A stretch of DNA of 64,000 bases, from positions 57,072 to 121,071 of the forward strand of contig JAAZOH010000040.1 in NCBI GenBank assembly GCA_012797845.1, given 5' to 3'. The notes beneath the pieces were generated by a model. That model saw only the letters and a list, made by a program, of their open reading frames with translations, was not told the origin of the DNA and made no database searches. Of the stretch, positions 58,017 to 64,000 are shown in pieces (position 1 is the stretch's first letter; the number at the start of each line of letters is the position of its first letter). The position numbers were made by a program, and so were the translations under genes. This stretch comes from Candidatus Beckwithbacteria bacterium (GTDB lineage: Bacteria > Patescibacteriota > Microgenomatia > UBA1400 > UBA1449).

Positions 58017-58457
58017 TTAATCTTCCTCCAGCCAGTCTTTACAAATTTGTTGGTACATTTCTTTCCGTAGCTCTTTTTTGATCTCCTCTACTTTCTCAGC
58101 TGGTAGGTCTTTTACATCCTGTAATTTTTCATTAACTTTTTTCTCAACTGCATCTGAAGCAGCTTGTGATGGGTCATCACTTTTTGCTAAATCAGTAATA
58201 GTTTCAGAAATTGGTAAGTCGGCTTGTTCGACTTGATTGGCAAAATCAATCGTGGTTTGAGTAATAGCTGGTCCCAAGCTACCGGCTTTATCCCAAGTTG
58301 TTCCTAAAACCTGTCCAAAAACCGGCATTCTTCTAGCCGGATTAATCACCATGTCTTCAAGTTGGCTAGGGAAAAACAAGCGGCCAATAGCTATGCCTCC
58401 AAGAATAAATAATAGGATGTTTTTGAAAAAAAACTGAACTACTTTGGGAAGCTTCAT
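58017..58457 (-). CDS. Membrane-anchored hypothetical protein
   Basis: N-terminal TM; GQVLG motif. Confidence 0.7.
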   Translation of the reverse strand: MKLPKVVQFFFKNILLFILGGIAIGRLFFPSQLEDMVINPARRMPVFGQVLGTTWDKAGSLGPAITQTTIDFANQVEQADLPISETITDLAKSDDPSQAASDAVEKKVNEKLQDVKDLPAEKVEEIKKELRKEMYQQICKDWLEED

Positions 58458-58462
58458 ACAAG

Positions 58463-58909
58463 CTAGTATACAGCCTCAGCTATAGACATGGGAGCAATAC
58501 TTTGGTCAACAAATTGCAAATCTATTCGAAAAGATTTAAAAGGAACTTGGCCAATAGTTTGATTTACATAGAAACGGTTACCATTAGCTTGACTTAATTG
58601 ACCTAAGTCAACATCTCCATCCTCCATAATTCCAATGAGATGATAGCTGGTATCAGTTTGAACCTGGTCTAAATCAATTGCAGCCTCAATATACTGATTG
58701 CTATTTGCATAACGAATAGTAATGTCACCAATTTTTTGTGATGAAGCAAGAGATATGACTTCTAAAACTTTGGTTCCAAATGGATCTTTAGATGTTTCAG
58801 CAAGATATATATTGGCTTGTTGTGAGGTTCGGCTTTTTACCCAGATTCCCCCAACCGCAGTAAAAATTATGGTTAAAAATATAATAAAAACAATTTGATA
58901 TTTACTCAT
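58463..58909 (-). CDS. Membrane-anchored hypothetical protein
   Basis: Start MSKYQ followed by a TM helix. Confidence 0.65.
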   Translation of the reverse strand: MSKYQIVFIIFLTIIFTAVGGIWVKSRTSQQANIYLAETSKDPFGTKVLEVISLASSQKIGDITIRYANSNQYIEAAIDLDQVQTDTSYHLIGIMEDGDVDLGQLSQANGNRFYVNQTIGQVPFKSFRIDLQFVDQSIAPMSIAEAVY

Positions 58910-58913
58910 AGTT

Positions 58914-60137
58914 TTACTTTCCACCTGACCAAAAAGCAAAATTATTACCTACTTGATCAAGTGGTAGGATTTTTTGAGATGATAACTGCCATAAGCCAGT
59001 GCTTTCTTGGCAATGAGTTTTATTCTGATACTTAATTAAAGCAAATTTTTGATCAGCCGAAAAGAGATATTGATTAAATTCAATCGGAAAACTAGTCAAA
59101 TAAGCCGGAGAACTAAAACTCTGATTTTTTTCTAGCTTGCCATTTTTAAGGGCATATACATAGAGCTGATGGCTTTTAATTTCATTATGGGTATCGCTAC
59201 CTGCAAAACAATCTTTTATAAAATCAATTTGGATTCCTTCTTCTTCCTCTATGGCTATCTGATCATGTGCGCTAATACCTCTAAATATCCCCATATCTAA
59301 ACTATCACTTATTTTCCCAGTCCCAATATCAAATACCGACATCCCTTGCTGGCCAGTAAAAACAATATGTTGGTTATCTTGTGAAAAAGCTATAGCCACA
59401 TCATTAACCACCACCTTGGGAAATAAATTGACGCTCTCTACTCCGTTGACAATGACCGCTAAAGCCGTTGGTTCACTGCCTTTGTTCGGTTCAATATTTT
59501 GATATGTAAACCCAATAAAATTAGCATCCGGACTAATAAAGGGCACATAAACCGTCATTGTCAAATTACTGGTCAGTTTTTTTAAATTAAAATCAATCAA
59601 ACTATAACGGTATAAAGCCCGGCGACGATAATTATCCCGAGCATCACGATCGGAAGTAAAAAGAATATATTCCCCACTAGCAGCTACAACAGGAGGAGTT
59701 TCAACTCCAAAACTACCATCATTTTTTTCTAAAGGGACATAATATTTTTCAAAATGTTGACCATTTTGGATATAGAGCTTATCAAAAACAAAGCTACGAC
59801 CAATAGTCTTTTTTTGCCAAAAATAAATCCGACCATCTGCTAGCATTCCTGGATAATACATTTCTGTACCTTTAATAAGAACTGTTTTGCTTTTGGCATC
59901 TGGGCTAAGCGCAAATAGGTTTTGGTTATCGGTAAAAATAATACTGTTGCCAATATCACTGGCATCTATAGTCACCTGGCTTACTTCATGCAAAACTGGC
60001 TCGGTAATGGGTTCTTCTTGTTCTTGCTTGCGTTCTGGCACATAGCCCTTACGATTTAAAGCAATAACAACCAAAACAAAAATAAGTACGCTACCAATGC
60101 CAAAAATATATTGTTTTAATTTGATTTTTTGTCTCAT
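58914..60137 (-). CDS. Membrane-anchored TolB-like beta-propeller protein
   Basis: Start MRQKIK (ATGA overlap); ISPDA, FSQDNQHIVF, ILFTSDRD and FSADQ blade motifs. Confidence 0.65.
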   Translation of the reverse strand: MRQKIKLKQYIFGIGSVLIFVLVVIALNRKGYVPERKQEQEEPITEPVLHEVSQVTIDASDIGNSIIFTDNQNLFALSPDAKSKTVLIKGTEMYYPGMLADGRIYFWQKKTIGRSFVFDKLYIQNGQHFEKYYVPLEKNDGSFGVETPPVVAASGEYILFTSDRDARDNYRRRALYRYSLIDFNLKKLTSNLTMTVYVPFISPDANFIGFTYQNIEPNKGSEPTALAVIVNGVESVNLFPKVVVNDVAIAFSQDNQHIVFTGQQGMSVFDIGTGKISDSLDMGIFRGISAHDQIAIEEEEGIQIDFIKDCFAGSDTHNEIKSHQLYVYALKNGKLEKNQSFSSPAYLTSFPIEFNQYLFSADQKFALIKYQNKTHCQESTGLWQLSSQKILPLDQVGNNFAFWSGGK

Positions 60138-61276
60138 ACACTCGGATGATCTTTGCGCCAATATAAATAAATCATACCAGTTGCTGCTGATAAAATAGCA
60201 ATTCGGTATAAAAAGCCAATAACTGGCATAAATCCTAATAGTAAATAAACTATTATGCCAGTTATGAGTGCCCAACCTCGGCGTTCACCAAGACCTAAAC
60301 TTTGGAGCAAAAAACGACCAACCAATAAGCTGCCAAGAATTTTTGCCAAAAATAGTAATACCCAATAAAGCAAAGCGGTAATAATCGCAAATGGAATTCC
60401 TAAAATAGTAATTACCAGCAATGCAATCAGCAACGGAATTACAATGAGAATTAGCAATCCTTTACCAAAAAGGTGTACGTAATTAAGCTCTAAAGTGCTC
60501 AACATATCACCAAACTGTTTAGGAAAGATTTTTAGAAGAATTAATCCTAAAACCAATGCAAACATTGCCTCAATAGCTCTGCCAACCATAAAAACCTGAT
60601 TTATTATCCTACCAACATTATGAACTCGAACTGGATTAAATTTATAACGATATAGTTGGTCTGGAATGTAGCGAATTTCTCCGGAAATACTAGCTTGTGG
60701 AGCAATAGTAGCTTTATTGGGTGAGCGATAGGTCAAGCTTTTAGCTGAAAAATCAGGCTCAACTGTAATAGTTTGAGCAGTAATATCCCAATTATCTTGA
60801 CCAAGACTATCAGCCAAAACTGAACCAGCTGCTACCACTACTTTGCCATCGATTTGACCAAAAATTTCAGTTTGTCCGGCTGCAACCACTAAAGACCGAT
60901 GTAAATGGGCATTTGAACCAATTCTGATTTGGCCACCAAGAGCGGTCACATTACCTAAAACTTCACCATTAATAGAAACAGTTCCTCCCAAAACCCGCAC
61001 ATCTTGTTCAACTACACCTTGAATTTCAACTTTACCACCAGCCACAAGAAGATCTCCTTGTACAACGCTATCTATATACACATCGCCCCCTCCTAAATAA
61101 GCATCATCAGTAATGGTTTTACCAATAACATGAACTGACTTGGCTCCTTCGAGAAAAATTCCTTCATGAGTATTTTCTTGAGTTGTCTCCATTTGAGCAG
61201 CCACATTTTGAGCCGCAACTGGAGATGGCAATAAAAGTAATACAATAGCAATAATAATTTGGGAAATTTTTATCAT
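60134..61276 (-). CDS. Bactofilin/polymer-forming-like beta-helix protein with C-terminal TMs
   Basis: Repeats of GGxVxIxGxVxGD type; ITILGIP TM block. Confidence 0.75.
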   Translation of the reverse strand: MIKISQIIIAIVLLLLPSPVAAQNVAAQMETTQENTHEGIFLEGAKSVHVIGKTITDDAYLGGGDVYIDSVVQGDLLVAGGKVEIQGVVEQDVRVLGGTVSINGEVLGNVTALGGQIRIGSNAHLHRSLVVAAGQTEIFGQIDGKVVVAAGSVLADSLGQDNWDITAQTITVEPDFSAKSLTYRSPNKATIAPQASISGEIRYIPDQLYRYKFNPVRVHNVGRIINQVFMVGRAIEAMFALVLGLILLKIFPKQFGDMLSTLELNYVHLFGKGLLILIVIPLLIALLVITILGIPFAIITALLYWVLLFLAKILGSLLVGRFLLQSLGLGERRGWALITGIIVYLLLGFMPVIGFLYRIAILSAATGMIYLYWRKDHPSV

Positions 61277-61293
61277 ATATAAATCTTTTTTGT

Positions 61294-61472
61294 CCACTTT
61301 TTTAAAACGCAGCTATCAAGAAGCTGTTTTGTGAATTCCTTAATAAAGTGTCTTCTGCATTCCTCTGAGGGAAGCTTAGAAGACATAAATAAACAAAACA
61401 GATTCCTGAAGACCGTTTTATAAAGTGGCAGTTTCTTTTTGCCTATTTCCTTTGCTGTCAAAGAAAATAGGC
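61294..61472. ncRNA. Putative rod-shaped structured RNA with a central bubble, plus an adjacent hairpin
   Basis: Nested helices 61294-309/61414-428, 61324-332/61393-401 and 61349-356/61378-385; hairpin 61441-61472. Confidence 0.4.
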
Positions 61473-61540
61473 TATTAAAATATTTATTCTAAAAAATTAG
61501 TTATATTTATAGTAATCGACTCCAGCATTTCAGTCTAGAT

Positions 61541-63262
61541 TTAGTTGAAGGTAAAAACTTGATCCTGATCAAGCCAACGTTTTGCCTGCATAGTTTTACC
61601 ATTTTCAATCAATTCAACGCTGTACCAAAAGCCTGGAATTCCTGACTGTTTTACTACCGTAAGCTGATATGGATAGTTTTGATTTTTAGGTAAAACATAT
61701 GACAAAGAAACAGTGCTTTGCTGCTGAAAAGAAACGGGCACAAAAAATCCCAATTCCTGCAACCCCTCATCAATTCTAACTTTTCGACTCAAATCGGCGG
61801 CGGCAATTGCCTGACCATCAACTTGGACTTGAGGTAATTTAGCTTGAGCAGGCAGTAAAATTCTAAGGTAATTTTTATAGTTTCCGCCCCAAAATTTAGG
61901 AGGCTGAGGATTAGCCGCAATACTGTGATTTTCAACAAGATAGTCAACTGAAACCTGATAAGCTTTTTCTTGCTGAGTCACAATTTGTGTAGCTCCCCGC
62001 ATAATGCAACAATTGGCTTTATTAGCCCCTAAATTAGCCTCCACAAAAAAGAGGTAGTCTGAGCTCACCCTATCATCTTTTGGTAGCTTTAATTCACCAG
62101 ACCAACCCTGAGCTCGAGCCCAAGCTTGAAGGGTTTGATCTTTAAAATAAAATTGGATATTTTTTTGTTTTAAATGTTTAGCTATGACATCTAAAATCTG
62201 TACTAGTTGATCAGCACTTGCATGTGAGGCTGCAAAAAATAACTGCTTAGATAGAGCTTGCAAAAAATCTTTTTTTTGGGTTGAGCCAGGGAAAAAATCA
62301 CGTTCAGCTTCATATTGGGCAATACTATAGATATTGTCGCCGGTAATTTCTTGGCCATAATCAGCAACCTTAATTGGGCCCAAGATATCTACAACATCTT
62401 CCAAAACTTCTAGATTTAAGCCAATAATGCCGTCACCAGGATCAACCCCTCCTTTTTCAAAAAACCAGGTCATGGTTTCGCTGGCTTTAGCAAAATTAGG
62501 ATCCCAGTTACTATCTCGTAATCGCCACCACCCCTGACCAAAAGCTTCCTGAATCGGTTCTGGCGGATTCACATGCCCGGCAATCGCCCCATCAGGCACA
62601 TAAATATCTTGAACTAAGTAATTAGTAAGTCTGGCTTTTTGAAACGTTAACTGGCCATAAGATCCGATAAAACCGCCCGTTGGCCTAATTTCCCGATTAT
62701 TTTGCAGTAAAACAGTATATTTTTTAGGCTCCCAAAACCCTAAAAATTGCGGCGCAATTTGCATAAAACTTTGGATTGTTCCTTGGTAAGTTTCTAATTC
62801 GGTCAATTTTTGAGTTAATGCGTTGAGGTTTTTTTCTTTTCCAGTTATTGAAGCCAAGAAACGAATAGTGGGATCAGTTAGTATATGCTGCATTTCTTCA
62901 AACTTATTTAGGAGAGTTGTAGTAGCTTGGGATAATGCTCGCCAAGCTGTTTCATTTTGAGCTTCAGGATTATCTAACACATTGCTAAAAAAAGTTTCAC
63001 TACTGTCTTTTACTTTTTTAAGCTCCAAGCTTATGTTGCTAATTTGATATATTGTCGTAAATGGAGCAAAACCAATGGGAGTTTTTTGGGTCCAAACTGT
63101 AGCTATTTGTAATATTTTTGCCTGATTGGCAGCTTTATCCAGAGAACCATTTTCCAGATTTTTTAAAAACCAAATACCCAAAACTACAACTGTCAATACA
63201 TAAAGAGCTACTACACCTACTATCGAAATAAAACCTATAAAGAATACTTTTTTTCTGGACAT
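61541..63262 (-). CDS. DUF4012-domain membrane-anchored protein
   Basis: LLQNNREIRPTGGFIGSYG, RDSNWDPNF, NLGANKAN and KQSG motifs. Confidence 0.85.
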   Translation of the reverse strand: MSRKKVFFIGFISIVGVVALYVLTVVVLGIWFLKNLENGSLDKAANQAKILQIATVWTQKTPIGFAPFTTIYQISNISLELKKVKDSSETFFSNVLDNPEAQNETAWRALSQATTTLLNKFEEMQHILTDPTIRFLASITGKEKNLNALTQKLTELETYQGTIQSFMQIAPQFLGFWEPKKYTVLLQNNREIRPTGGFIGSYGQLTFQKARLTNYLVQDIYVPDGAIAGHVNPPEPIQEAFGQGWWRLRDSNWDPNFAKASETMTWFFEKGGVDPGDGIIGLNLEVLEDVVDILGPIKVADYGQEITGDNIYSIAQYEAERDFFPGSTQKKDFLQALSKQLFFAASHASADQLVQILDVIAKHLKQKNIQFYFKDQTLQAWARAQGWSGELKLPKDDRVSSDYLFFVEANLGANKANCCIMRGATQIVTQQEKAYQVSVDYLVENHSIAANPQPPKFWGGNYKNYLRILLPAQAKLPQVQVDGQAIAAADLSRKVRIDEGLQELGFFVPVSFQQQSTVSLSYVLPKNQNYPYQLTVVKQSGIPGFWYSVELIENGKTMQAKRWLDQDQVFTFN

Positions 63263-63475
63263 AGCGCTACCAAGAATGTGTTTTTATGATATCATTCAAA
63301 ATAGATTAGGCTCATTGCAAAATAAAAAATGTTACAAAAACGAAGAATTTTTGTTCAATTTTCTAGGAAATTAAACCGATAGTACTTAATGTACTTGAGG
63401 TGTTAAGTGACAAAGAAAATTGACAAAAAGACAAGTTAGTGTGCGTTTGCTTATTTTGCAATAAGTCTAGTTATT

Positions 63476-64000
63476 ATGGCTACTGTTATCATTTCATTTC
63501 TAAAAGATATAGGCAAGACACTCCTAAAACTCATTCGCAGCTTATTGCTGAATGTGATTGTTTTAGGTTTAATCTTTTTCTTGCTATTCATACTTATTAC
63601 AGCTGTAATACCTCAGAGTCAAACCGGCTTAGGCTATTTTAAAGAACAAGTGGTTCGTAATGAAGGCGGTGAGGCTAAAATTGCAGTCATTCCTCTTTCT
63701 GGTTTAATTTTGTCAGATAATGCTACTGATTTACTATCTGCTGGTTCTGAAATTATTTCTCCAACCAAAGTCCGTAATGCCCTTTTGCAAGCTCAAGCCG
63801 ATCCAATGACTAAAGCAGTGATTTTTGATCTCAATTCGCCAGGCGGTTCGCCGGTTGCTTCTGATCGGATTTTTGAAGAAGTTGTCAATTTTAAGCGTCA
63901 AACTAAAATTCCGGTTGTTTTTCTGCTCGGTGATTTGGCAGCTTCTGGTGGATACTATATTGCTTCATCAGCTGACTTTATTGTAGCTAATCCAGCCACA
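63476..64000 (+). CDS. sppA: Signal peptide peptidase SppA (S49), partial
   Basis: My translation from ATG 63476: TM, KIAVIPLSGLI, NSPGGS, AASGGYYIAS; runs off the window and is missing from the ORF track. Confidence 0.9.
   Translation, partial: MATVIISFLKDIGKTLLKLIRSLLLNVIVLGLIFFLLFILITAVIPQSQTGLGYFKEQVVRNEGGEAKIAVIPLSGLILSDNATDLLSAGSEIISPTKVRNALLQAQADPMTKAVIFDLNSPGGSPVASDRIFEEVVNFKRQTKIPVVFLLGDLAASGGYYIASSADFIVANPAT

Noticed and set aside
61273..61461. 62-aa track ORF
   Set aside because: TTG start, no motif, and coincides with the paired rod structure.
63439..63642. 67-aa track ORF
   Set aside because: Out-of-frame shadow of sppA, which starts at 63476.

Overview
AT-rich, gene-dense bacterial chromosome segment with almost all genes on the minus strand. 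Gene content (many GT-C and GT2 glycosyltransferases; DUF4012, CAP, lamin-tail and TasA-like surface proteins; apparently leaderless promoters) suggests a Patescibacteria/CPR genome of the Microgenomates type; this is inference, not a database result. Layout: (1) 0-25 kb, envelope glycosylation genes (wzx, polyprenol-P-sugar synthases, GT-C enzymes, gmd plus a paralog, ugd, rmlABCD) mixed with mscL, trmD and rarA. (2) 25.9-27.6 kb, a 1.6 kb region with no credible ORF that folds into two large multi-branched RNAs, each preceded by a hairpin and an rrn-type boxA; this is the most novel-looking element. (3) 28-36 kb, a SipW/TasA-like fibre locus with a sortase and substrate. (4) 36-50 kb, a polysaccharide locus led by a 1536-aa GT2-GT2-flippase-GT4 fusion. 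(5) 50-64 kb, galE, vanZ, ftsEX with a circularly permuted M23 peptidase, frameshift-free prfB, surface proteins and a partial sppA. A dispersed GTCAT-tagged palindromic repeat family is present. All folds were paired by eye and no searches were run.
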